Shown here: one piece after another, positions 26,181 through 39,218 of the stretch
How positions within the stretch are numbered: position 1 is the first letter of the stretch
How the letters are laid out: each line of letters opens with the position of its first letter
Assembly (NCBI RefSeq): GCF_006345805.1
Contig: NC_043009.1
Span: forward strand, 17,360,001-17,424,000
Reading direction: 5' to 3'
Source: Octopus sinensis
Taxonomy: Eukaryota
Length of the DNA stretch: 64,000 nucleotides
Translations under genes and position numbers: made by a program
Notes under the pieces: generated by a model
Seen by the model: only the letters and a program-made list of their open reading frames with translations
Database searches by the model: none
What the model was told of the DNA's origin: nothing

Positions 26181-27994
26181 TCTGTGTGTGTAGCAGCAGC
26201 CCAGCAGTGGGGTCATATATTTTGAGAGAGTGAGAGAAAGAGAGAGAGTGAGAGAAAGAGAGAGAGAGAGTGTGTGTATGTGTGTGTGTGCGTGCACACG
26301 CATGTGCATGCATGTGTCTGCCTGTCTGAATGTATGTGCATACATATGTTCTCCTCTGTTTTTAATTATTTGAAGTCTTCTTATAAGGAAAGAGTTTTTT
26401 GACAAAAATACCAAACTCTATCATTGGAAAGTAAATTACAAAACCAATGTCACATGTTGATGCATGCATGTATGTATGGATGGATGGATGGATGCAGGCA
26501 TGCATCTATGTATTTATGTGTCATTCAGGTATATGTCTACAAATGGTGTCATGTAATCTAATAATACCTGTTTCATAGTTGGACCATCAACTAGTAAACC
26601 AGCAACTCTACAAGAAGATCTTTTTCCAATGTGAAGAAGTTGTATTGAACAGAATACATATATAAAGGGCCAAAAGCAAAATCTATCAAAAGTACTTAGA
26701 AAAGAACCTCTAGTGGATCCATGTTCATGTTTGCTTCAAATTGCCAACGACATCTTGCCATTGCACTTGAGGTTGGAACAGCCAAGTCAGTCAATTTTAA
26801 GAAGGATCCATTAATTTCACTGCATTTTCCCTGTAGGACAGGTAGATCAAGCTTGTGTCTTTCTCACTTTAACTTGAGATGTTTTCTCTTCCAGTTTTTT
26901 ATTATTCTTCTGAGCACACTTTTATGCAAACTATTACTTCCAAAAAATGCAATGAATTCAGTGCAAACTACATTATCAGTATTGTAATCAGCTAAGGTAC
27001 TTTTTAGTTAGCTCTGTGAGCAATCATCGTGATCCTCATTCCCTTCAGTCAATTTTAGTGGTGGAAATAAATTGGCCTTTCCATCTCCAAGTTTAGTATA
27101 AATAAGGTTTTGAACTGTTTCAAACCTCAAACAGATGGTAGACCTTTTGCAGTGCTCAGAGTATCAAGTGTGTTTTTCTTAATTGAAATAATAAGAAAGA
27201 AATAGTGAATATTAAGAACTCTATGATCAAATTAATAGAAGAAAATTTAACTAAATAAATGACTAAAGCTATTTGAATTCCTCTTACTAATGAGACCAAA
27301 CTGACAAATGTCTTCTATTGTAGCCTTGGATTGATTAATGATTTACAAGTGGAATTGGTTAATGGAATGTAAAAAGCCCATCAAATGGATGTGTGTATGT
27401 GTGTGGGAGAATACTGTTTCATGTGCTGTGATTAAAACCATTGGAATGAAAAAAAAATGTTATAATTTCTGGCAAACAAAAGCCTTATAGTTTTGGTTTC
27501 CTGTGTATAAGGATCTGCAGAATCAAAGAAAAATTAAATAAGCAGGTAAACAAAAGCCTCTGGGTGTAGAAAATTTGCCTTAACTAGTTTTGTCTGACCC
27601 ATAAAGAATGGGAAAATAGACAAAAACCAGACAAACAGAAACAAACCTACTGCCTCTTGTAGAAATAGCAACTACATCCTCCTCAAACCCCACTCAATCA
27701 CTTTAACAAAAAGAAGGAACACATACTGCAATCCAAGTTAGAATATGCCAAGAAATACACAAAATGATCTTAGCTGAAAATTCTGAAATGATAGGTTGGT
27801 TCAACCAGGACTGACTTTTGGATAAACAATAACAGCTTCACTTAAATGGAGATTTATTTACAATCAAACTAAAATCAATGATTATTGTTTTTCAGATTTT
27901 GCATCTTGAAACAATATTCTGTAAGAAAACTAGAAAATTTGATTATTTGGGTCAAATTATCAACGAATTTTCTGGAGGAAAATTTAATTTTTAC

Positions 27995-28153
27995 CTTCAC
28001 ATGTAACAGCTTTCCCAGGGTTTCCTTCAAAACCTTTATTGCAAATGCATTCATCAACTGATAGATGAGGTGAGCCTTCAGCAATGTAAGAATGTTTGGG
28101 GCAGTTGGTGCAAGACTTCTTGGCCGAATTAAAGTAGGTGTTTTTTGTACAAA
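27995..28153 (-). CDS. Cys-rich Ephrin_rec_like/GCC2_GCC3-type exon F (159 nt): (F)CTKNTYFNSAKKSCTNCPKHSYIAEGSPHLSVDECICNKGFEGNPGKAVTCE
   Basis: Acceptor ttatttgcag|TT, donor G|gtaaaa, stop-free. Pattern C-x3-TY...C-x2-CP...C-x-C-x2-GF...TCE resembles the Cys-rich module preceding the sushi domains of SVEP1. Confidence 0.85.
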
Positions 28154-29736
28154 CTGCAAATAAGAGTTAAGAATGACATGATGTGAAAAACAAATACTAG
28201 CTTATTATAAAACTTGTGTGTTGTGAAAACTTGTAATTGTGCCTAGCTAGAGATAATGTAAGAAAATGTGTCTAGCAAAAAAGTAATGTTGTGGGAAATT
28301 GTAAGAACAGAGTGGAAAAATATTTTATGATAAAAACATTGACAAGTATCATGGCAATAGTGTGGCAGCTGGACCAAGCAAGGAGGTAGTATTCCTGAAT
28401 ATATGAACCAGCAAAAATATAATTGTAACAACTGCACTAACAACTTTATGATATTAAATAAAATAGTTGTGAGAAGTAAGCAAAGTAACTGTGAAACCGA
28501 CTGCAGTAACTAATATCTAGACTAGGCAACTATATTATATTAAAGCAACTAATGACCATAACTGGCTGAGTCACAAAACATTGTGCTACTAATAATCAAA
28601 GTTGAAGTAAGTAATGAGATTCTGTTGAAGTAAACAACGTCTATAAAAGAGATAAGAAACAACTATAATACTGTCTTGTTTCAGTGTAGCCACTACTTCA
28701 ATCCCAGCATGATTTGTAGTTTCTTAAGAAAAACATGAAAGGGTGAGAGGGGAAACAATAAAACTAAAACAATAACAAAATCTATTTGAAGACTAAATTT
28801 ATTGATACTTAAGCTGGCTTACTGTCTACCTTTGTTCAAATAATAATAATTATCAAGTTTTTTTTACTGCAAAGACATGGTAAAAAACCATTAACTCACT
28901 AAAGAAACAAAGTAAGAGGCATCTGGATTTCATTTAAAGATGTTTGCTAAATCTTGTATGCTTACTGTCTGTTGAGTGTAATAATCAAAAATTATTATAG
29001 GTGCCTAAATTGGTCATTTTAACAGGCATCAAAAAGACCATGATGTATCACTGCTAATGATTAGTACAAGCAAAAACAGATGAATTTCTTGTATGTGTTG
29101 TGTATGTAGGAAATATTGCTTTTTTTTTCTGAAAATCTTTTTAAAAAAAGTTTGCTGAAGCTAAGTAGAATATTTGTTGACTTTTGAATCTCACAATAAA
29201 TTCAACAAACCTTACCATAATTGATCAAAATATCTTAGAAATATCACAAAAGCCGAGAACATTTGTTAAAAAATTGATCTTATTTCACCTAATAAAGAAG
29301 TAATAGATTCTTTTCTATTAAGGAGAATTAAATTCTCTTCAATCTCTTTCAAAACACAGTTTAATTGGCACAGCACACAAAGTCTCATTTTTTTAGAGCA
29401 GTGAAGTTAAGTAATAGGAAAATTGGATACTCAGCCAGGTGCTGTTAACATTAACCAAGTGGAGGGAAAATTCTATTAGATGGCAGAAATATAGAAGAAC
29501 CCCACTATGGACCAAATAATTTACAGTTACATATCAACTTCTAGTTTGAACCTCTTCCCAGCACTAACAGTTACAAGAATTGAGGTTTTTTTTTTTTTTT
29601 AACCAAATACTTTTTTTTCATATCAGGCAATCAACAACAATTTGCAGGTTTTGAAATCGTAGCTTTGAGGTCAATAGTCCAGCACTGTGATAAACTGGTC
29701 AAACATAGTTTCATAACAGAGTAATAAAATACTTAC

Positions 29737-29862
29737 ATTGACAAGTCTTGCCATCTTCAGATAAAACTTTTCCAAATGTTTCACACAGACACTTGAAAGA
29801 CCCAATGGTGTTGATACATTTCTCATCACATCCTCCTTTGTTGTTTTCACACTCATCAACAT
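29737..29862 (-). CDS. cbEGF exon E (126 nt): (D)VDECENNKGGCDEKCINTIGSFKCLCETFGKVLSEDGKTCQ
   Basis: Acceptor attcttcag|AT, donor T|gtaagt, six Cys, CINTIGSFKC. Confidence 0.93.
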
Positions 29863-30426
29863 CTGAAGAATTTCCAAAGAGAATATGGTCTCATGAACAA
29901 AAGACAGAATCTGGCACAAAAAACAATCATACACACAATGCTGTGTTCAAAATATTTCGTCATTATATTTTATTATTAAAGCTTGTATTATTAACACAAA
30001 CCAATTTTTGCTTTATTTGTTATATAATATCAACATCTTATCATTTCATACTGGCCTCACTCTTCTACAATATCTCTGTTGTAAATGTAAACCTAATACA
30101 TAAGCAAGCAATATGTATGAGTTTTTTAGATACACTGATGACTATGGTTGACTAACATCAACCACACGAAGAAACACAGCAGTTTGCTGATAGACAATTC
30201 CATCATCATCATTGTCATTATCATCATCATCATCATCATCATCATTTTATATTCATTTTCCCCTTGTTTGCATGGATTGAAAGGGTCTTCTCCAGTAGAG
30301 CATCTTGTCTCTATGTGCAGGTCCTTATCTCCTTCAGGAGGTTCAGCTTTCTCCACTTTTGTTTTTCTTTGCCTTTCACATGGAACACCCTAATACTAAT
30401 GTGTGAGAGAGAGAGAGAGAGAAAGA

Positions 30427-30477
<51 letters not shown>

Positions 30478-30867
30478 GAGAGAGAGAGAGAGGGCGAGAA
30501 AAAGTATGTGTGTGTGTGAGTGAGAGAGAGATTGTGTGTGTGTGCATATGTTTTCTATACCAAAATTATTCCCAGACACCAACTGCATGAAATAAAAAAT
30601 CTAACAAGAAATAATTATGGTGTGTGTGGGGGTAGGTTAATGGAACATTATTAGTCAATGACTAATATTATTTTACTTAATGTTGGTAGATTAAAAAAAT
30701 TCTTTCTACAGCACTTTGTTAATACAAATTAAATTACCTTTTTCGTGTCAGTAGACTCTAAACAATTTTAGTTTTCTACATTAATAAGTAAATATTCTTT
30801 CACATTTACCAAAAGATTCTTATATCACTACATTGACATGTAGTGATACATAATCAACATTGGTCTC

Positions 30868-31749
30868 AAATTTTGGCACAAGGCTAGCAATTTTGGAGGA
30901 GCAGGTAAGTCAATTACATTAGTCCCAGTGTTCAACTGATGCTTATTTTATTGACATCAAAAGGATGAACGGTAAAGTTAACCTTGACAAAATTTGAACA
31001 CAGAACATAAATGCAGACAAAATGCCATTCTGCATTTTTCTCAGTGTGCTAGTGGTTCTTTCAGCTCACCATCTTATGAAAGAATCATAATCAACATTGA
31101 AGCATATTCACAGACATCTCATACTTAGCAAAGTAATTAAAATAATTGATGTCAAGAATTTTATAAATTTTCTAGAGAATGTGAAATAATTCTTTTTTTG
31201 GAACAGTGGATCTTGAAGCACACATAAGGGCCAGCAATTTTGGGAGAGAGGATAAGTTGATTACATTGACTCAAGTATTCAACTATCGACCTTAAAAGGA
31301 TGAAAGGTAAAGTTGACCTCGGCAGAATTTGAATTTGGAATGTAAAAACGGATGAAATGCTTTGAAGCATTTTGCCTGGTTCGCTAACAATTCTGTCAAC
31401 TTGACAGCTTTTATAAAGCATGCAAATTTTGGGTCGATACCCCTTCCTGTACAAAAAAAGTCAAAGGAAAAACTCACATCTCCTGTCTACATGCTTTTAT
31501 TTATAGCTTTCCAAAAAAGAATTAGAATAATATTCTTTCCTACTCTAGGCACAAGGTCCAAAATTTTAGGGAAGAGGGCCAGTCAATTAGATTGACTCCA
31601 GTATGCAACTGGTACTTAATTTATCAACCCCAAAAGGATAAAAGGTGAAGTCAACCTCATCGGAATTTGAACTCAGAACGTAAAGACAGACAAAATAGTG
31701 CTAAGCATTTCATCCGGTGTGCTAACATTTTTGCCAGCATGCCATCTTA
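30868..31749 (-). mobile_element. Cluster of three tRNA-derived SINEs (30868-31075, ~31225-31395, 31535-31749)
   Basis: Core and B-box motifs. Direct repeats cataatcaacattg (30849-30862 / 31086-31099) and gaattagaataatatt (31519-31534 / 31750-31765) flank two of the copies. Confidence 0.82.
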
Positions 31750-32013
31750 GAATTAGAATAATATTAGTCCATGAATAATAAGTTTTCTTCTCACTACATG
31801 ATTTCTCAATAGTTATATTTTAGAAATTTAATGCCTTCTGTCTATGAACCATCATTGGTTGTAGCTCACAGTGAACCACTCACTGGTTCACTACATCTCA
31901 CAGTTTCTGTCTACCCAATTTTTTCTTATATGAAATTGGTTAAACCAAGACTAAGGTGCCATGCAATAAAATCAAACTCATAACCATACAGTTTATACCA
32001 TAACCCTCCTATC

Positions 32014-32240
32014 ATCATCATCATCGTCGTCGTCATTATCATCAGCGCTTAATGTCTGTTTTCCATGCTCACCTGGGTTGGACGGTTTGACAGGAGCTGG
32101 CAAGCCAGAAGGCTGCATCAGGCTCCATTTGTCTGGCATGGTTTCTATAGCTGGCAACCCTTTTTAAAGCCAACCACTTTACAGAGTGTGCTGTGTGCTT
32201 TTTATGTAGCACCAGCACAGGTACATTTTACGTGGTACCA
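32014..32240 (-). mobile_element. (ATG)n-tailed retroposon copy
   Basis: (cat)n tail followed by ttccatgctcacctgggttggacggtttgac. Confidence 0.7.
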
Positions 32241-34449
32241 GCACCTGTGGAGTTATGAAGTAGCTTGCAAACCAAAGATCACTCAGCTAAGGGAAGGAGT
32301 GGAACAGAGGGAAGTGGCTGTGTGTCAGACAAGAAGCCAGAGTATAGCAGAGGGACAACGATAGTTGTTTTACTATAGAGGAGATACTTGGCTACCGCAG
32401 TAGGATAAGGAAAGAGGGGAAGGTGGGAGAGAGTTAAGGTTAAAGATGGAAAGAAATAGATGGTGTTGGAGATGTATTGGGAGCCTACCCACAGGGAACA
32501 GTGATAAGTGGTAAGGAGGGGATAGAGAGGGATGTTCCAAAAGAGTGTGAGGGGAGTTGTTTAGAGATGGGAAAGACATGACTGTAACAAGTGATGATGA
32601 GAGAAATTGGAGTGGGTGAGAATGTGGAATGGTAGATATGTGAGGGCATGGAGAGTGTGCAGAGAGGTACATGAGGGAGAGTGGAGGATCCTGCAGCAGG
32701 TGAGGTGCATGGGGGAGAGTGAAGAGGAGAGGGATGCAGTGGGTGGAGGTGGATTGGCTGTAGGGAAGTTTTGTCAGTGGTCAGATCATGTATGTGGGGG
32801 AGGAGGTTACAGCCATAAAGGACATGCTTGTATGTATTGGATGGCCACAATTTTACTTAGCTTGAGGTGTCTTCTCAAGCACAGCAAATTGACAGAAGTT
32901 TTAGTCCCTTATCATCTTCTATATAAGTATATATAGAATATTCATAACAAACAGGAGTAAAAGAACTCAATTCTAGTGGAGGAGTATAATCATATTTATT
33001 TGGCTGACATCTTATGTTAATATTCAGTTTCTTGATTCCTGTTAGATATAAAAGGTTTACCTGTATTAAAAATAAAAACAATTGACACCAGGATTTTGGT
33101 TAACATTGTCCATATGAGACACAGAGGTAGTAATTCACAACTGAATGCATAGGAAAACTCTTGAATCAAAGAGCAAGGAGACCGAAAATTCAAATAGGGT
33201 TCAATGTTTTAAAGATAAGTGTGAAGTGCTTAACTTTATTTTACAGCTTCAATGATTATTTTGAATTTGTGAATGTTTTTAAGATATTTTAGAATATTTC
33301 TTTGTGATTTAAATATTTGGAATGAATTTGAATCACAACAGCTAAAATAATTTCTGCATAAAACATGATGTCAAAGAATTGTTGGTAGATAGAATAAGCA
33401 AAGAACACCATTTCATATTAAGTGAACATGCATATACCTACAACATATTCAAACACACTTACATGATAAATATACAAATGCATAACAAACTAACTGAATG
33501 ATTAAATGGATTTCTGAATGATTAAATGAAATAGGCACCTAATTTAAACAACGACAATAGGTTGTAGTAAATTAGAAATGGGCAAAAATAAATACAGTCT
33601 GAGAGAAATACATTCGCACATCTGCCTTTAAACATAGGTAAACACTCAAGTAGCATATACATGAATATATTTGGACACTAAAATCCTGTATTATCCAATA
33701 TATCCATTAATAAGCAGACATATACACATGAACTTTGACATACACACACACACATGACATACATGTATGTACACACACACACACATACATGCACATGCAT
33801 ACACCTGTACATGTTTATATAAATATCCATGCACCCAAACACACAAGCTCCATTCACACACATGTACGCTGGACATGCACACAGCTATATATATATATAC
33901 ACTTACATGTCCATACATTTGTAGATAAATGTGATTCAGCATCTCTCTACATTCTGATGTAATCTCTCTACATAGAGAGAGATTTAATCCCTCTAAATAT
34001 AAATCTTATATAAATGTCCCTCTAATATAAATGTCCACCAGAAAGTTTAATTAAATGAGGCAGAGCCATCTGAACTTCAACCATTTTGGCACCAAAAATT
34101 TTGTATATAGATGTTCATGTAAACTAAGGGCTTACAATATAGATCAATGGGCATATTTATGAAAATACTTATATAGCTACCATTTGTCTGGATGCTTGAG
34201 GCTACATGTGAATAAACAGATGGACAGACAGGTGGATAGACAAACAGACAGATTGATAGTTAGGGATATATATTGCCCTTCTTCACTCACATTTTACACT
34301 GATCACCCTCCTGTGTTACCAAATTATTTCTCCTCAACCACTCTCTTCATGCATTTTGCCTGCTTCCCCATTCACTTTCAAGCAACCTCCCCAGCCGAAC
34401 ATTACCTCACTTTCTTTTGTCCTTCCCCTATCTACTATGTTGTTTTTGT

Positions 34450-34451
34450 TG

Positions 34452-34503
<52 letters not shown>
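34450..34503. repeat. (TAT)n microsatellite
   Basis: Directly visible. Confidence 0.95.
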
Positions 34504-35317
34504 CTTCTACACCATTTTCTGAACTGTCAGTTATCACCAAATTTTCCCTACTTTCTCCCAACTCACGTATCATTGATCAGCCTTCTGCCATTCACAAATT
34601 CCACCTCTCAATTCCACACAATCTCTACAGTCTTCATCTACTCTTCCAGACCTTCCTTCTTTCTATTTATCCCCAATCACTCTTCACTATCTTCAACCAT
34701 TTCTCACCTCTAAACAGCCCGCTCCACCCCCATACACTCTTACAACCTTTACAGACCCAAAAATGATGATTTCAAAATTTATAAGAAACATGACTAATCA
34801 TGTAAATACCATTATTTGAATAAATGTGCATATATATATTTATATATGTGCGTGTGTGTGTGTGTGTATGTGTGTGTGTGTGTGTACTAAATTCAAGTTC
34901 AATAGGATATTTAAATACCACTTGCTATAAACAGAACCACCAATCCAAAACCACCAATTACTCACAGATGTTACAATGTTATTGCTCAGCTGATGAGCTT
35001 CAAGTATGATTTTTCATACAGAAAACAAAATCAATTGATCCTGAAATATACACACTCTTTAATTTTTGTATTCCATGCAAGGTAAGCCTGTTTCTGTTAT
35101 ATTTGTTGCATTAGACATGTGTATTTTAATTGTGAGTAAATTGTGGTTTTGGAGCGATGACTCTGTTCATAGCAAGTGGCATTTAAATATTCTATTGAAC
35201 TTGAATTTAGTTTATATTCTACCTGTAAAGGTGTAAACTTGCTAGCCACTTTATTATCATCATTATTATTATTAAAAACAGTAATAATACTAATTTAATT
35301 TAAATTTATATATATAT

Positions 35318-36373
35318 AGGAATGGTCACTTGTTGCTTGAAGACCAACTTCATTCAGAACAACTATCAACCTCCTGAATGAATGAAAACATGAAAATTCA
35401 TGAACTGATCTTGGAGGACCGTCACTGAACAATTGATGAACTTGTTGCTGTGATTGTTGTGTCCTGGAGCTCTTCTGAATGAATTTTGAGCGAGGAATTG
35501 TGAATGAAAAGATTTGTAGCAAAATTTGTGCCTCGTTTGCTCATGGAAGATCAAAAGCAGTCATGACTGAATGCATGTCATGAAATGAATGAACAACTGG
35601 AAGTTGATCCGGACCTTTTTTCAAAGCTCATCACGGGTGACGAAAGCTGGTGCCATGGAATTTGCAAATGTGGAAGAGGTGAAGAGGTGAAGAGGAAAAC
35701 GATGGAGACATTAAAAGGCATCACTTTGCAAGAGTTCCAGCAGTGCCTGAATAATGGAAAACATGCCTGGACTGATGCATTGCTTCAAATGGAGAATACT
35801 TTGAAGGTGACAAAAGTGTAAATATGTAAAACTAAGAGAATAAATTTTGTTTTGGGATTTGGTTTGCAAGATTCTTTATGTGAATTCGTGTGTTGAAGCA
35901 TATTCTGTTGTGTCTGGGAAGATCATTTTCTTCATTTTCTTTTTGTACCTTATAATTTAACACATTCACTGGTAAAATTTCCACTTATTTCTTATCTTTA
36001 TTTTCCTCAAATTTTCATTGCATCTTGCAACCTTTTCAATAGTTTTGACTCTGTCCATTATTTACACTGCATTTCCTTTTGTTTGTGTGCATGTGTGTAG
36101 GTCATAACACACACACACACACTGACCCACACACATGTGCACAAACAAACAAAAGGGAATGCAGTGTAAATAACGGACAGAGTCAAAACTATTGAAAAGG
36201 TTACAAGACACAATGAAAATTTGAGGAAAATAAAAATAAGAAATAAGTGGAAATTTTACTGGTGAGTGAGTTAAATTATAAGGCACAAAAAGAAAATGAC
36301 TCTCCCCAGACATAACAGAATAAGTGAATAAAATAACAGTACAAAATTCCAGTTTCTTTTGGGTACCCCCTCA
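35318..36373 (+). mobile_element. Mariner family 1, 5'-truncated and internally deleted, interrupted by a foldback insert
   Basis: Collinear with the reverse complement of 3973-5288. LITGDESWCHG joins directly to the EEVKRKTMETL segment. 3' TIR ttccagtttcttttgggtaccccctca|ta. Confidence 0.8.
35902..36321. repeat. Long inverted repeat: ~200-bp arms (35902-36104 / 36123-36321) with an 18-nt CA-rich loop
   Basis: For example ttttgactctgtccattatttacactgcatt pairs with aatgcagtgtaaataacggacagagtcaaaa. Confidence 0.9.
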
Positions 36374-36400
36374 TATATATATACATATATATATGTATAC

Positions 36401-36605
36401 CTTTTATTTTTTACTTGATTCAGTCATTAGACTATGGCCATGCCGGGGCACCACCTTGGAGAACTTTTAGTGGAATGAATCAACCCCTCTACTTTATCTT
36501 TTTAAAAGTCTGAAACTTATTCTATCAGTTTCTTTTGCTGAGCTGCTAAGCTACAGCAACATAAATAAACCAATACTTGTTGTCATGCAGTTGTGGGGAC
36601 AAACA

Positions 36606-36671
<66 letters not shown>

Positions 36672-36705
36672 CACACACACACACACATACACACACACAA
36701 ACACA
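36401..36705 (-). mobile_element. CA-core SINE 3' half plus (CA)n
   Basis: Reverse complement of the 3' part of the SINE at 39219-39624 (ccagcatggcc.tagtctaatg.ctgaa.caagtaaaa). Confidence 0.7.
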
Positions 36706-36717
36706 CACATAGACAAA

Positions 36718-37015
36718 TCACAAATCCCTTCAGGTAAATGGCCTTGCTCAATCTGTAGAAAAGGTGTAAGTAGAAACTCCATAAGATGCACCTGGTGTAA
36801 GCTTTGGACAACATAAAAGGTGCAGCAATATCAGAGGAAGGTTGATGGGGAAAATAGCCTTTGTGTGTGGAAGATGCACAGGTACAATAAACACAGAAAA
36901 TGTACAGAAAATAGATTCCATCAACTGCCATGGGTGTGAGCTTGTGGTAGTAGATAGCTTCTGTTATCTATGTGACCAAGTTAGTAGCAGAGGTAAATGG
37001 TTTGAGAGTATGGCT
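36718..37015 (+). mobile_element. RTE LINE fragment with PHD-like finger in the RT
   Basis: SGKWPCSICRKGVSRNSIRCTWCKLWT(+1)HKRCSN...FVCGRC, then VVDSFCYL. Confidence 0.75.
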
Positions 37016-37024
37016 ATTCTCACA

Positions 37025-38260
37025 GCCATACTCAGTTCGACATTGTCAACTTTTATCCATCAATTTCAAAAGAGTTATTGATGAAGGCACTTTCCTTTGC
37101 CAAGGGCTTCACAGATATTAGTGCTGGTGGTGTTATAGTTATCATACATGTCAAGAAGATGGTGCTGTTCAGCAAAGATTCAACATTGATGTAGCTATGG
37201 GAGCATATGACATAGCTGGTGTCTGTGATCTTACTGGGCTGTACATGCTGGACATCTTAAGGAAGAGGTTTCCTTCAATCCCCTTCCGTCTCTACAGAGA
37301 TCTCCCTAGCCATCTCTAGAGGAGCCAACAGACACATACTAGATAGACTTAGAAAGAATCTAATTAGTGCCCTAGGCTCAATGGAACTCAAGATCACCAT
37401 TGAGACTAATCTCACCACAGTAGATTTCTTAGATGATAGTTTTGATCTGGGCTCTGGTACTTACAGGCCCTACTACAAGCCAAACGAGAGACTGTATTAT
37501 ATTAGCACAATCTTCTGCCACCCCCTATAGTTTTCAAGAACCTAGTGAAGGTGTAAGCAAGAGGATCTCGAATCTGTTCTGTAGCCAAGATATCTTCAAC
37601 ACCGCTACCCCCTGCAACAATGAGATACTGGCATCGAGTGGGTTTAAGGACTGCATCTCCTACATGCCAGGCTCTAACACCCAGAAAAATAAGAGCTGCA
37701 GAAACATTATTTGGTTTGCTCCCCCTTCTCCTAGACTTGTGTGGGAAGGATTTTCCTTAGATTACTAGATAAACATTTCACACACACACACAGATACATG
37801 CAATCATTTAACAGGCACAACCCAAGAGTCTCCTGTAACTGTGCACCTAACATAAAATGCATTTTAACAAGTGCCCACAATACAAGGGGGGAGGCAGGTT
37901 GTTCTTACAGAGTATATAGTAACTGTCCAGTAGGATGTCGATGCGAGGCTGAAGGAGTCATCTATGAAGCTATGGTAACACCAAGATCTGTTATCTGTAT
38001 CACCAGCAATGTACCATCCAACAGCAATATTAGCAGCTTAACCAGATCTCACACCAGTACAATCGCCACAGCCAGAGATGATGACCAGTCTGGGACCAGC
38101 ATCATAGAGGACATAACCAATGACCCCAGTACCACTGCCACAGCTGATGAACAAACCATTATTACAGATATAGACAGAGTGACTAGCCCCATACCATATG
38201 TTACCACCAGTCCAATTGCCATACCTAGAGACGATGACCAATCCAGGACCAGTGACACAG
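37025..38260 (+). mobile_element. Penelope-like element RT, thumb and linker fragment
   Basis: QFDIVNFYPSISKELLMKAL, MGAYD, LYRD, TVDFLD...YRPYYKP, NIIWFAPP, FLRLLDKHF and CPVGCRCEAEGVIYEA. Confidence 0.8.
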
Positions 38261-39218
38261 TGTGTACATGCTGTTTACATCCCCATAACTTAGCGGTTCG
38301 GCGAAAGAAACCGATAGAATAAGTACTAGGTCTCATGCTTCTGTTTGTTCCTCTGTCTGTGTTTTGCATTTGCTGACCAACTGTTATTGCTCTGCCTCCT
38401 CATTGGTTACTTTCTGTGGCTTCTTAAATATCTCTCTTGTGTTTGTTTATGAGGGGTCACGTTTTTCATTCGATTATTTATTATAGATTTAGCTATTATT
38501 CTACTTAAATCTATTCCTTAATCAAGTTTCTTTTGTTATGTTATTGTTCTATGTGGTTTACTATATATATATATATATATATAATATACACACACACACA
38601 CACACGCGCGCGCGCACACACACACACGTTGTCATCATCATCATTATATCATTGTTTTAGTGTTCTGTTTTCCATGCTTGCAGAGGTCACATGAAATTTG
38701 AGCAGATACTCTTTCTGTTGCCAATTTTCACCTACTTCTAAGCAAGGTAATATTTCTTCATGGTCTGATGGCACTATGATTTAGCATCAGTGGTTACTGA
38801 AAAAGGAGGGACAAGAGTGGTAAGAGCCTAGAGAGGACCAAGGCTATCCCACATTATAACAACATGTATGGCTGGGAAGTTTAGGAAGAAGGGAACATGA
38901 AAAAAAAGAAAAGAAAAAGATGAGGGTGATGAGTTCCTAGAGAGAGTCATTGAAAGAGTGACATGGGAGTTGTGGAGAATAAGCGAATGAGGCCAGAGGT
39001 TGTGGAGGTAAGAGAAAACCTGTTTGGGGAGAATAGTGTGAGAAAAAGAATCAAAGTGGGAGAGATGGCAGGCGGTGGGTAGGAGAACAAGCATCACAAA
39101 TGGTGAGACAAGAGATATGAATAATAGGGTGGGGATTGGAGCAGAGAGCTGGAAGAGAGAAGATGAGTGATGAGGATGATTCAGTACAGTCTTTCATATA
39201 GAGGTGCAGGCATGGCAT

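Noticed and set aside
26700-27130. Long minus-strand near-open frame (FETVQNLIY...MDPLEVLF) close to exon F
   Set aside because: Two in-frame stops, no domain motif, and the phase-1 reading from the best acceptor stops within four codons.
34991-35030. CTGATGA followed by a hairpin and GAAA
   Set aside because: No G10.1-C11.1 closing pair and no stems I or III.
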